Below are positions 27,676-39,589 of a DNA stretch of 64,000 nucleotides, in pieces (the first letter of the stretch is position 1; the number at the start of each line of letters is the position of its first letter). Source of the DNA: Felis catus (Eukaryota); the NCBI RefSeq assembly GCF_018350175.1, contig NC_058381.1, forward strand, positions 13,454,001 to 13,518,000. The letters are read 5' to 3'. The notes below the pieces were generated by a model, which had not been told where the DNA came from, searched no databases, and saw only the letters and a list, made by a program, of their open reading frames with translations. Position numbers and translations under genes: made by a program.

Positions 27676-30522
27676 AAAAGTTCCCTAATTTAACCTCCAC
27701 TGTCTGATCCTATTTTTCATTACTCCTACCTGGAAGGTGCTCTTCCTCTGCCTGAACATCTCTAGGAATAGTAACCTCATCTCCTGCAAAGGAATTGGCC
27801 AGCCTGGAACTTGTACTCCCGGGCCTGGCTCTGCTGCCTGGGGCCCCTGAGGGGCCCACATTAGCCCTGCACACATGAATGCAGACACAGGCTCTGTCAC
27901 CTGTATCTGCAAGCCTCCAAGCTGAGACTCCCACAGTCTGAGGTCTCTAGTTCCATGCTCTCAGCACAGCTGCCTGGCTGAGTGCTGCTGAGTAGGTTTG
28001 TCCCCATGCTGGCCCTTTCAGAGGCCAAGCTTCTCAGAGCCGAGTAAGACGATCCCTCCCTTAAGTGTAGCCTCAGGGCCTGGAGGCGGCTTTGGCAACT
28101 CTGCCCCTTTTCCACACTCTGATGTCAACCCGAAGCTTTGTTCTGGGCTTGTTCTGGGCTTGCACAGCTGGGGGTGGGGTAGAGCGGGGTGGGGCAGTAG
28201 TGCGTAAGTCCCTGATGTTACTTTCTGTCTAGAGTTGAGGGCCACACTAGACAAGCAAAACCACTGAAGAGACAGTGCCCAGGACAGGGATACTGAAAGT
28301 GAGGCCAGGCAGCTACCCACACCTCTGGGTCCACCCATAAGCTCTGGTGCCCTAGGGTTCTGCTGGGCTGTGGTCAGGGTGAGTGAGAGATCAACATGCC
28401 TTTGCTCATCCGCAGTCTTTGCATTTTAAAAGAGGAGGCTGTGAACGCTCATAGAACCAGATCAGGGAATGTTTACTCTCCCCTCACTTAGAGCCAGGGA
28501 AGACAGTGGCACTTAGCAGCTGACAGACTGGGCTCTGAAGTCACACGGTTCATGCTGGCTTTGTCACGTCCTCGCTGTGTGACCATGGGTAAGGTTCTGA
28601 GCCTCTATGGGTCTGTCTTTCCTCACCCATAAAATGGGGAGAATGGCACTACATGGAACACTGGTGTTTGCGACCCACCCTCCACATGGCCTGAGTGCTA
28701 AATAATTGCTGGTGACCATTCTCGTCATCATTTAAACACTGCAGAGCATTTTTAAGCCCAAGATGGAAGGCAGTTACAAAGCAGGCATCATATCCAGGGA
28801 AAGCATATTTTACAGTTTGCCCTGGAGGAAGAGTCTCTGAACACCACATCAGAATTACCAAATAAGTCTTAATGAAACCACCCCAAGTTTCCCCTGAGAA
28901 AAACCTGGTTTTTTTTTTTAAGAAATACTTGTTGGCACCGCCCACTGTGCTCCCCACCCACTCTGCTAACACTGTTAACCCATTCTCTAATGATTGTAAC
29001 AGTGAGAGGTGGGTATTCTCATTTCCAATTCAGATATAAGGAAACTGAGAATCCCAAGAGGGAGTGTCTTGCCCACACGGCTCAGTGATGGAGGCAGGAT
29101 TCAAACCCAAGTTTCAAGCCCAGGTTCTTACCACTAGGTTGTAGTACCTCAAGATTCCACCCGGAGAAGTCAGACACCACACACTCTGAAGGCCAATCAT
29201 CTCATCCAGTCCTGGATGACCGATGCCCAAAGTAAAGAGCAGACAGGCAAGGCAGAATGAGGTCAGAAACCCAATTTCACTCACTTGATTTTATGGTGGC
29301 TTCCACCATTCTTTTTCAATGAGATTCAGGAAAGGAGGTGAAGTAATAAAATGGAGCAGGATCCTAGGCAGGTTCCACCTTTGCTGTTTTCTAGCTCTGT
29401 GACTTTGGGGAAGACTTTTACCCCCTCCTGGGCCTAAGTTTCCCCTCTGTTTAATTGAGATGGTGGTGGCTGGATATGCTCTTCTCTCCTAAGGCTTTAT
29501 CTAAAGCCTGCTAATGCGGGTGTGACATACACTTGGGCAAAACGGAGAATATGATCCCACAGGTCTGGGGCGGGATTCTGGAATCCGTATTGAGGAACAC
29601 CAGGATGGTGCAATCTTTCCTTTCTTGGAAATTGCTTATCCACAAGGTGTGACTGCAAAGTAACATGACTGATTGTTTAATAAACCTGGAAGAGCCTTCA
29701 AGAGGCCAGATAACTGTAATGGTACAGCCACTGTGTATGGTTGGGAAGCCTCTGCAGGATTTGTATTGCTTGTATAAGGTTCATTTGAAATTGTTAGGGA
29801 TTTGAAGATATCCCTTAAATAGCCTTGCTATTGTCCCTTGACGATAGCCAAGCTGATGATCAAAATAACTGGCCTGCCGTCCTAGGAGTGCTAAACATTT
29901 TCTTTTCATGAAGGAATCTCAGCAATGTTTTAGGCAGTAGGAGAACTGATAGAATGATGCAGCCCTCTAAGGGCCCTGATCTGAAGATCAAGCTTCACAA
30001 AGATGCACAAACCCTAAGGTTTCTTTCGACGACCAGCCTGCGTTCTGTGAGGCCCTACCCCTTCCTGGGCTGCGGCACCCTGTTCCTCGGTTCCTAAGAG
30101 AAGGTCTTTTCATCTTACAAGGGGATGCCAGGCAGAATCCTCAGGTATCTGAACCTGAGAGAAGAACCAGGTACAAAAAGGTGGCCACCTCATTTGCTTC
30201 TGCGCATCTCCCAGGACCCACATAATCCCTCTGTGAGGTCTACAGGGCAAGGAGTTGTCGGAGTTCCACAGTTTGACTTTGGTGACATGGAAAAGTAACA
30301 GGGACCCTGTGAAAAAGGCCAATTATCTTGGAACCGTCTGGCTCCCTGTAAAACTCCTGGACTCCAGACCTGGGTCTGCTCCATCACCGAGTGGTCGTTT
30401 GGCCATGGGCAGACAGGCGCATGCAGTCTGGACAATCCTAAGCCACTGGCTACAAACAGATCAGGCCACTTACTCTATAGCACCATCTCCCTCTTTACAA
30501 AGAGGCCTATTTCTAAACTTAC

Positions 30523-30583
30523 CACATTTCTCTATGAACTTCAGGGGAAGAAGGATAGAAATCATCAGCCAACTGCTTATCAT
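30523..30583 (-). CDS. CTNS: cystinosin exon 3, coding part (start codon; exon begins at 30602)
   Basis: ATG MISSWLMISILLPLKFIEKC |gtaagt; total CDS 1104 nt = 367 aa. Confidence 0.95.
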
Positions 30584-31414
30584 GTTCTTCAATTTCAAAG
30601 AACTAGGAAAAAGAACACACAGCAAGAGAAGTTCAGGTTAAAGTTGGAGCAGCTCAGCAACAAGTGGACAATATGCCATTTGGAACCATGGCATGGACAG
30701 TTCATAAAGGACTTTCACCTCACACCTGTGACCTCATGGGCTTTGTATCACCAGCTTGGAGGGGGAGACTCTAGGCTGGGTGGGTGTGAGGAGACTTAGT
30801 TTTCTTTGATATATGGGGAAATGGGCTCAGAGAGGCTAAGCGTGTTGTGTAAGGTTCCACTCTGAGGAAGTAGACAAACACTGAATTTTTCCCCTCTTCA
30901 ACTGCTTCTTGCAACCTAGTTAACAAAAAGAAAGAATGCACTCTTCTCAGTTGAGGGTCCTTTTTTTCAAAAAGTTATTCAAACTGTAGTCAGATATTTG
31001 ACTTTGCGAACCTAAACCCCTTAAGAAAATTAATTTCATTCCCTGTCCGGAGACAAAAGCCTAAGGGGCTAATGCCACCAACTGACATTTGGTTAAGTCC
31101 CTCCAGGACTAGCAGGGATCACTCATGATGGGGAGCCAGTGAGGGACAAGGCCCTGATTAGCCCAGGAGAAACTCACTGGTGAAGCGAGGGAGATGCACT
31201 GCGTAATACCCATAATCCCCGACGCACAGCAGGTGAACCATGTGTCAAGATGGGGCAGGTCAGCATGGATATCTGTAACTTGGTCTCTACACGTTGCCTT
31301 GGCACACAGAGCCCAGGCCTTCCCACCTGACAGCCTCTGGGGATCCCTGTGGGGACAGCTAGGAGAGGTCTGTGTGGAAACATCCCTTTGGTTTCAGTTT
31401 TCCCAAAAGGACTC

Positions 31415-32062
31415 AAGGAGCCTCCTGATACACCCCTCCCTTCACATAAGTCTTCCTCACTGCTCCAGCCTGCCTGACTTCTGCTTGTCCTTGCCTCCTC
31501 CAGGGGCCTCTCTGCCTGATGCAGCTCCCTTTGACTGTTAGGTCTTATCTCCGGGGCTTTTCCCCTTGCTGGCACTGACCTCCTCTCTCTAGCCTTCTCT
31601 GGAGACCTCGCCTTTGGCATCCCTGTGCCCTCTACCATCCACTTTCTGTACTGTGACCTGTAGGGAATTGCTCTCCTGTGTCTGGAATGACCATGCATCT
31701 CCCATTCACTCTTGCCACTCTCTGCTCCTCACACCTGCCCGTGTCCTCAAGTTCACGATTAAGAATGTCCCTCAGGGTAGAGTCTAGATTCTCCTCTGGA
31801 AATCAGATACAAATCAGGCCTAACCAACTCTTCTCTCATCCTGCAGGAATGGAATGTGGACTGAAAAACTCAAATATTTGGTTAGCAAAGGTCTCCCAGG
31901 CTCAGAGGCTGAGATACCTTGGAGGAAAGACATCAGGACAGATAGACATTAAGAGGTAAGTCGATTAAAATGTGAGAAAAAGGTCAGATTCATAGCTACA
32001 CACTAAAACTATGTCTTGTGAATGCTACAAGGTAGAAATGGAGAATTTCGTGACAATGGGCT
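31415..32062 (+). repeat. diverged direct duplication, copy A (CTNS intron 2)
   Basis: Colinear similarity to 33990-34610, e.g. cctcacacctgcc, tggaatgtggactg, ccttggagga, gattaaaatgt, tacaaggtagaaatgg; boundaries approximate. Confidence 0.85.
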
Positions 32063-32566
32063 CAGTCAGGCATGCCCCTCTTCCTGTGTTAAGGTCTATC
32101 TTCCAGGCCTCACTCAGATACCACTTTAAGAAGTCTCTCACTCCCAAACCATCCATTCCAGGGGAAACCTGTGGCTAGGGGTCTCCAACTCCTGTCAGGT
32201 ATCTGATTTAATCCTGTCAACTGTTTTATAACCTGGAATTTCTTGCGTCTCCTCTTGAAGAATACAGAAAGTGGCAAGGAACGTGTACCCTACAGACAGA
32301 CTGAACAGGTTTGAGCCTGAGCTTATTAGCCGTATTACTTTGGGGTGCTATTTAACCTCCTCAAGCTTCAATTTCCTAATGTAAAACAGGGACAGTGAGA
32401 CTACATCATACGACTTTTAAAGGAGATGAAAAGTAAAGCATGGCTTGTGGCCTTCCAAAGAGCCACAGTTCACAAACAGAGTTAATTCGTGGTATTAAAA
32501 TTTCATGGTGGTGGGGAGGGTCTGATTAGGAAAAAAGACTGAGAAACAAAGTTGTAAAATGATTAC

Positions 32567-32799
32567 TGCTGTTGCCTAGGGCGCCTAGCAAGCTCTCATA
32601 AAGCATAGGTGTTATTTTTTATCAATTCTGTTGAAAAGGCAGGGCCCAGTCATTTGTCATCCTTTCCTCCAGCCTGAAAGCCCCGGAATGCAGAGCAGGG
32701 TCTCCTCATACCCAGTTCCCCAGAGCCCAGACCCGCGCTCAGCACATCAACTGGAGTTTCTGGAAGGGCCTTCTCAGCATCTCCTCTCTCCAAAGTAGA
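32567..32799 (-). other. CTNS: CTNS non-coding exon 2
   Basis: tttgcag| acceptor and |gtaatc donor; 3' end GAGAGCTTGCTAGGCGCCCTAGGCAACAG resembles the recalled human exon 2. Confidence 0.7.
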
Positions 32800-33123
32800 C
32801 TGCAAACTCCGCGACCTGGATTCAGGCGGCAACTAACCAGAAGGCGGGGAAGAGGTTCAGACTTGCACTGGGATAGAGCCACCCACACCGCCTCATCAGC
32901 CCAACGTCCCCTGCCTCTGCTCACCACCAAGCGGGCCTTTCAACCTCGAGGCTGTCCGGTGTCTCGAGGCCGGGACTGCTGGTAGGTGGTGGAGCCCTGG
33001 CGCGGCTGGAGGGGGAACTAGATGCGCTGCAAGATCTCAACCGACTTACTGTACCAGTCTTTAGCCCTCTGGGGTTCCGTCTGGGAAATGGGGGGAGGCT
33101 GTTGGGGCCGCGCCGTTTCTCAC

Positions 33124-33270
33124 CTGAGATCCTCTAGGCACGGGGAACCCAACACACCGCACGCAGGAGCCGTTTGTGACTGCACCCGCTTCCCTCAGCC
33201 GGCTTGACTTGGGGTGAGGGCGGACCAGAAGTCACCTGACTCCAGCCACCTGATTCTCCGGGTACAGATT
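33124..33270 (-). other. CTNS: CTNS non-coding exon 1 (5' end approximate)
   Basis: CTCAG|gtgaga donor in the CpG island, downstream of a ZNF143 site. Confidence 0.6.
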
Positions 33271-33279
33271 TCGGCGCTA

Positions 33280-33764
33280 TGCACTCTGGGAACTGTAGTT
33301 TAGTCGTAGCCCGACCATCAGGAAGGGTTGGGGGCGGAGCAGAGGGGCGCAGGCGCCTTGGGAGGGATGAGGGCTCGGGTGTGAGGGAAGATTAAGCCCC
33401 TTTTACGACACAGAGACCCCTGGAGCGCCCAGTGCCTGTCGGCGTGCGGGCGCTAGTTCGGTAAACGAAGCCCGGGCAGCGCTGCACTGCCCTGGAACTG
33501 CTGCCTTGCAGGACGGGCCTTCTAGGTCCCGCCTTCCATAGCCTCTCCGCCTATAGCCAGGGCCTGCCATGAGGGGTGGCGCGGGGCTCCGCTTTTCTTG
33601 GCCAATGGGAAGGCGAGAGGCCTCCATGTTGGTGTGGCTGAAGGATTGGCAGGCGAGGCCTCGCGTCGGAGCCTTGAAGCCGGGTGGATGTGCGGGAGGG
33701 GGCGCTACTCCTCCGACGTCAGCTGTGTTGCGCTTTGAAGCTTTGGCAGCTTCGCCCTCCGACT
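33280..33764. promoter_or_regulatory. CpG-island bidirectional promoter CTNS/SHPK
   Basis: ZNF143/SBS motif ACTACAGTTCCCAGAGTGC on - (33281-33299), GC boxes, oppositely oriented CCAAT boxes (33602 on +, 33645 on -). Confidence 0.85.
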
Positions 33765-33932
33765 ATGGCTGCACGGTCGGTCATTCTCGGTATCGACCTG
33801 GGCACTACGTCTGTGAAAGCGGCCCTGGTGGAGTCCGCGCCCGGCGACCCATCCGGGTTCTTGGTACTGGCGAGCTGTGCCCGGGCTGCGCGGGCCGAGG
33901 CAGCGGCCCAGAGCGCTGCGGCAGGGCCCCAG
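33765..33932 (+). CDS. SHPK: sedoheptulokinase exon 1
   Basis: MAARSVILGIDLGTTSVKAALV... (FGGY kinase phosphate-1 motif) ...GPQ|gtgagg. Confidence 0.97.
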
Positions 33933-33989
33933 GTGAGGCAGCGTCCTGGAGTTGCACCGCCTCGGGGAGCCATTCTCTTGCTCCTGAAA

Positions 33990-34610
33990 AGAGGCCTCCC
34001 CCCAACCCCTTTTCTGCAAGGAAGTCTCCCCGATTTCTCCAGTCTGCCTGACCTCTGCCTGTCTGCTGCAGCTCCCTCTGATCCGTTAGGTTTCTTCCCG
34101 GTGGCTTTCCCACCTGCTGGCGCCGATCTCCTTCCTCACTCTGGCCTCTGGTGTCCTTGCTTAATGGCGCTGTATCCCCTTGCTCTCAGCCCTCCACTTG
34201 ACCTGCGGGAAATTTCTCTCCTTGTGTCTGTGGAGTGACCTCAGGCCTCTCTTGTTCTTGCTGTCTCTGCACCTCACACCTGCCGGTGTCAAGTTTAGGA
34301 TTCAGTTTGTTCCCCAGGGCAGAATCTGGATTTTCCTCAGGAACTAAGAGGAAGAATCAGGGCGAAAGAGGCTCCTCTCATTCTGCAGGGGTGGAATGTG
34401 GACTGGGGAATTGAAACACTTGGTCAGAAAAAGACACCAGGTTCCAAAAGCTGAGACACCTTGGAGGAAGGACTGCAGAGACAGAAAGACAGGAGAGAGA
34501 AGCCGATTAAAATGTTAGAAAAAGATTGGATTCATCATTATACTCAAAACTAGTGTCTTGTGAGAGTTACAAGGTAGAAATGGGGGAGAATTTCACCACA
34601 ATGAGAGCTC
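33990..34610 (+). repeat. diverged direct duplication, copy B (SHPK intron 1)
   Basis: Colinear similarity to 31415-32062; boundaries approximate. Confidence 0.85.
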
Positions 34611-34996
34611 TGGGTTCAGTAACATCATCAGTTCTTAGAACTGGATTCCATTAATTCCCTGAAAAAGGTAGATTCCATTAATCTACCTTTAATCTAAAAC
34701 TGGATTCCATTAATTCCCTGTGTTCAGTTAATTGACAATAGAAATTAATATGTAGGAATTTTCTGTGTAACCTTTGGACTTTTTTTTCTGGATCTCTACT
34801 TGTTCTCCTAGTTGTAATAGGAGGCCTCTAAGGCCCCTTCCAGCCACAAACTCGATTTTTCTGGGCCATACTCCCAAGAGCTTGTTTTTCACAATCTCTT
34901 GCCAGTTATCTGGACTCAGTTGTTTACAGTTCAGAGTCCGTCTTGCTCAGAAACATTTCAGAGGATAAAGATTACAGGAGCACTTTGCATTTTCAT

Positions 34997-35154
34997 TTTT
35001 TTTAAATATATGAAATTTATTATCAAATTGGTTTCCATACAACACCCAGTGCTCATCCCAAAAGATGTCCTCTTCAATACCCATCACCCACCCTCCCCTC
35101 CCTCCCACCCCCCATCAGCCCTCAGTTTGTTCTCATTTCTTAAGAATCTCTTAT
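34997..35154 (-). mobile_element. 5'-truncated felid-type L1 3' end with TSD
   Basis: gaaatttattatcaaattggtttccatacaacacccagtgctcatccc; TSD agcactttgcattttcat at 34979 and 35155. Confidence 0.88.
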
Positions 35155-35524
35155 AGCACTTTGCATTTTCATAGAGACTTCCAAAATTAGTTTGGTTGGG
35201 GCACCAGGATACTTTAGAATGATTATTTCACCTCATGGACTGTGAAATGGAGGCAAATTCAGCTCTGACCCTGTGGGGGTGAGCAGCTGGGATTAGAGGA
35301 TGTGAGTTTAGGCAGTGCCCTTTCTCTTGCAATAGGGCCACTTCTTGAAAACTGCTTTCTCCGCTTCCCCCAGCGTTCAGCAGGCTGTTCTGTGTTTACA
35401 GGCACACAGTGTGCCACACCTGCCTAATGAGGGGTTTCGGAGAGGCCAGTAATACCCCCCTTGCATCTTCCATGTGTGCTTTGTGCTCTGGGACGAACGG
35501 CATTGCTGTAATTTAATCTTTAGC

Positions 35525-35710
35525 AGAATTTCTCCACTTGGCACTGTTGATACTTGGGTCAGATGATTCTTTGTTGTGGGGAGCTGTCCTGTGCATTGTA
35601 GGATGTTCAGCACCCCTACCTACTACATGCCCGTAGACCCTTCCTACCCAGTTCTGACACCCCAAAATGTCTCCATATTGCCAAATGTACCCTAGGGGAC
35701 AGAAACACCT
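35525..35710. mobile_element. MER20-like DNA transposon remnant
   Basis: gattctttgttgtggggagctgtcctgtgcattgtaggatgttcagca...aaatgtctccatattgccaaatgt. Confidence 0.7.
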
Positions 35711-37269
35711 GGTGTCCCTGTGCTCTCTCTATGTCCATACTTTTCATTCTTAAGAAGTATTCTGTAGAACAAGGCCAAGCTTGGCAGCTGTATAGAAAGT
35801 CAGGCTTTTAGGTGTTTGCAACCTTAAAATACCAGGATTTTTGAGTGAATCTCTGTGACCCTTTTGGAGTTAGTTTTTCCTTTCTGGGCCTCAGTTTCTT
35901 CATCTGTAAAGAGGGGTGTGGAGGAGGAGGGTTGACTTGAGTTTCTAAGTTCTGTTCTCAAATCTAAAGTTCTAGGATTTGATCTGGATAGAGTGATTGA
36001 TAGATAGTGTGAACCAAGAAATGGAGGCAGCGCCTTTCCTGTTACCTTGTGGGTATGCCCATTGTCCGAGAGCTACTCCCTCATCATACTCACCACTGAA
36101 ACTCGAACTAATTGCTGAACACTGACTGCCTCCTTGTCTTCGCTCCCACCTGGCCCATTTCCCTCCTTCACCGTCCCACCCACACAACTCACACACCAGT
36201 GGGCCCATTTTAAACAGTGGCTCCTCTGTCCTGGGTTGATATACCATCTGGCCATGTGGGAACTCTTTAAACTAGCACTGTCCCGTAGAAACTAGCTACG
36301 AAGCTGACCCACACCTGGAATTTCCAGTTCTCTAGTATTAAAGTAAAAAGTAACAGCTGAAATGAATTTTAACTGCATATTTAGCCCCATGTGTCCAACA
36401 TACTTCAATATATAATAATGAATATAAATTTATTAATAAGGTATTGTGCATTTTTCATACTAAATCTGAAGTCTGGTATGTATTTTACACTTGCAACACA
36501 TCTCAATTCAGTGCCAGCCATGCACCTCCTCTCTGCTGGGCTCTCACTGCCCAGCCAGTTCTGCTGTAGTCTCTCCCATATACAGTCTCTTTAGGGTCTG
36601 GGGCTGCCTCCTCAGGAAAATGATTTGTGTTCCCTCTGCACTCTTTTCCCCATTCTACTCATCCTCACCTTCCTTTTTTTCTGTTTCTTTGTTCACACTT
36701 GTTTGGAGCCTAGAACTGCCCCTGCCCGAGGCCAGCAGGCTGACGGACAAGTGAGGGGTCTGTCCCAAGGAGGGGGAGGGCTGTGTTCTGCCCTGGGCAG
36801 GATAGCCTAGGGCTTGAGGGCTCAGTCTTCAGATGCTTTTCCAAGACCGGAAGCTTTCTCAGTTCCCCAGAGACCGGACATTTATTAAGAACGGAGCCAC
36901 ATTTCTCTTCTGAGTTTTCCAGGGGTCCTTCTAGTTGTTAAGCTTATTATACCTTGAGGTGATTTTTGTGTGCCAGAAACATTGCACTTTGGTTGAAATC
37001 AAAGTAAGTATTCAATTTACTAAATTCAGAACCCTAGTTCTTAAACTTTTAAATTTGACTTATAAAGCTGGTTCCATTTATAAGTCTAACATGTCACTAT
37101 CATTTTTGAGGGCCTTTGAATAATACTTAATGCTATTTCAGTTAAGTATCTTAGTATACAGTATATAAATATATATATTTATATATATAGATAAACATAT
37201 TTATCTAGTGTATAACTAAGATACACTATATACACTAGATAAATCTATATTTATATATAGATTTATATT

Positions 37270-37400
37270 NNNNNNNNNNNNNNNNNNNNNNNNNNNNNNN
37301 NNNNNNNNNNNNNNNNNNNNNNNNNNNNNNNNNNNNNNNNNNNNNNNNNNNNNNNNNNNNNNNNNNNNNNNNNNNNNNNNNNNNNNNNNNNNNNNNNNNN
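37270..37400. other. assembly gap (N)
   Basis: run of N. Confidence 1.
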
Positions 37401-38554
37401 CTGACCCACAGCTTTTCAGAATACTTAAATAATTCTTATAAATCTAATAAGTTAAATGGATAACTACATAAACTTTAAATGCTCTTATATGTTTGAAATC
37501 CTTTTATAAATATACAGTAATGAGATTTGAACTTATAATCACAAATCTAGATCAGTTACTCAATTTCACATTTTAACTTGGAGTTGCAAAGGTAACCTAG
37601 GCCAAATTCTCTTAAACATACAAATTTACCTAAAATACCAAATGCTCAGATTTCCTTAAGCACAAATGTTAATCACATAGGTATGACTCTTTTAAACATG
37701 CATGTTTAATTCTTGATCAAGGAAGCAGTTCTGTCATCTGGGTTGCTTTTCCAAGTGTATATATTTTGGTGGCCTCCTTAGCTTATTGAGACTTCTTACT
37801 GATTAGAGGCATCTCCTGGGATGGGATGGGATCTTGGAGTCTGATTTCTAGCCTTTAACAGAGACTTCATAATTTAGAAGAAGAGATGGTCATGGAAACC
37901 TAAATTTTTTGGTGTGAGTCACCTACTTTTGAAGTTATATTAGTTTCTACCTCCCACCCATCTGGATGTACTGCTTGATTGGATTTGGCATTTCATTATC
38001 TCTAAGATCCCTAAATGTGTTTTCCCATCTGATTCCAGACACCTCTAACTTTTTTCAAATCCTGCATTCTATTCATATTCTTGTCTCTTAAGACCACTGG
38101 ACCCAGAGAGATTCACATGCTATTTGATTATATTCTTAACTCTCATGACTTTGTTTTTCAAGGTTATTTTGCCTAGACAAGTTTGTAAGGAGGCAAATCA
38201 GGGGAAAAGGCAAATCAGGAGAAGATGGTCCTGACTGTCTTGAATCTCATTTCCACCCCTAAAAATCTTTCTATACTATCAGTCTCTTTCTGGGTACCTT
38301 ATCTCATTGCCTAATTAATCTTCTGAAAACACTGCTCTGATGATGATACTGTCCCATTCAGAAAGCCCCAAGGGCTCCCCATTGGCTTTAGGAGGAGCCC
38401 CTTACTCTTGGGCTCAAGGTCTGCCATTGGGCTCAGCCTCTCTTTTATAGCCTCATTTCCCACTACACCCTTGCATGGACCATCTCACTGTTGCTGTGCC
38501 CAGGTATTCTCTGGGCTTTCTTCTTGCCTGCCTTCCCTAGTGGATATTTTATTC

Positions 38555-38806
38555 TTTTTTTTTTTTTTTTAAGTTTATTTATTTATTTTGAGAGAGAGAA
38601 AACACGTGCGCAAGTGGCCCAGGGTGAAGGCTCGTGTGTGAGAGTCAGGGAGGGGCAGAGAGAAAGGGAGAAAGATAATCCCATGTGGGCTTTACGCTGT
38701 CAGCACAGAGCCTGATGCAGGGCTTGATCTCAGGAACCGTGAGATCATGACCTGAGCCAAAATCAAGAGTTGGACAGTTAACTGACTGAACCACCCAGGT
38801 GCGCCC
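38555..38806 (-). mobile_element. Can-SINE followed by a C27 tract (38810-38836)
   Basis: poly-T, (GA)n, reverse-complement SINE head. Confidence 0.88.
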
Positions 38807-39447
38807 CTGCCCCCCCCCCCCCCCCCCCCCCCCCCCGTCGGTGTTTTGTTTCCAAGTCTAAGGCCTGGCCCTAAAGGCACTGAGGAAATGTTTGTCAGAT
38901 GGATGAACTAAAGTCCCAAGTAGAAGCAAACACTAGGGCTTGTCCACGAGGCCTTTCCTGGCTACACCTTTCCTTCCAGGTTCCTTCCTGCTGTGTTCCA
39001 TCCTGCCCTTATCCCAATCCTCTATGTGCCTTGAGATAGACCCTTAATTGCTCCTTACATCTTGGTCTTGTGTTTTCCTATCCTTAATGTTAGACTGTCA
39101 GTTCCTATAGGGCAGGGGCAGTGCTTTCCTCAGCTCAGACTTGCCCACAGTAGAGGGCAGAGTCTTAGCCATTTTGGAACCTCATCTACCCCAGTGCCTC
39201 ACCTGTGCAGGGAGGGAGTGGAATCTCGTCCACCACATTCCTACTCTAGGTGCTGCTGGAGGTGGTGGAGAACCCTCAGTCCCACATGTCATCCATGAGC
39301 CTAGTCAGCAGGTCCTGGAAGTGACCCCAGTGGAATTAGCTGGGCAGCCCAGGAAATCCCTTGGGGCCTCTGCCCTTCCCACCCCCCCCCCCCCCCCTCA
39401 CCGCCTGTCTGTGTGCCACTGCCTGACACGTCCTGTTCTGTTTCCAG

Positions 39448-39589
39448 GGGCGGGAGCAGGATGTAAGCAGAATCATCCAAGCCCTAAATGAGTGCCTTGC
39501 TGCCCTTCCTCAGCAGTTGCTCCAGGAAGTCTGTGGCATTGGAGTATCAGGACAGATGCATGGAGTCATGTTTTGGAAAACAGGCCAAG
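39448..39589 (+). CDS. SHPK: SHPK exon 2
   Basis: GREQDVSRIIQALNECLAALPQQLLQEVCGIGVSGQMHGVMFWKTGQ; 142 nt. Confidence 0.96.
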
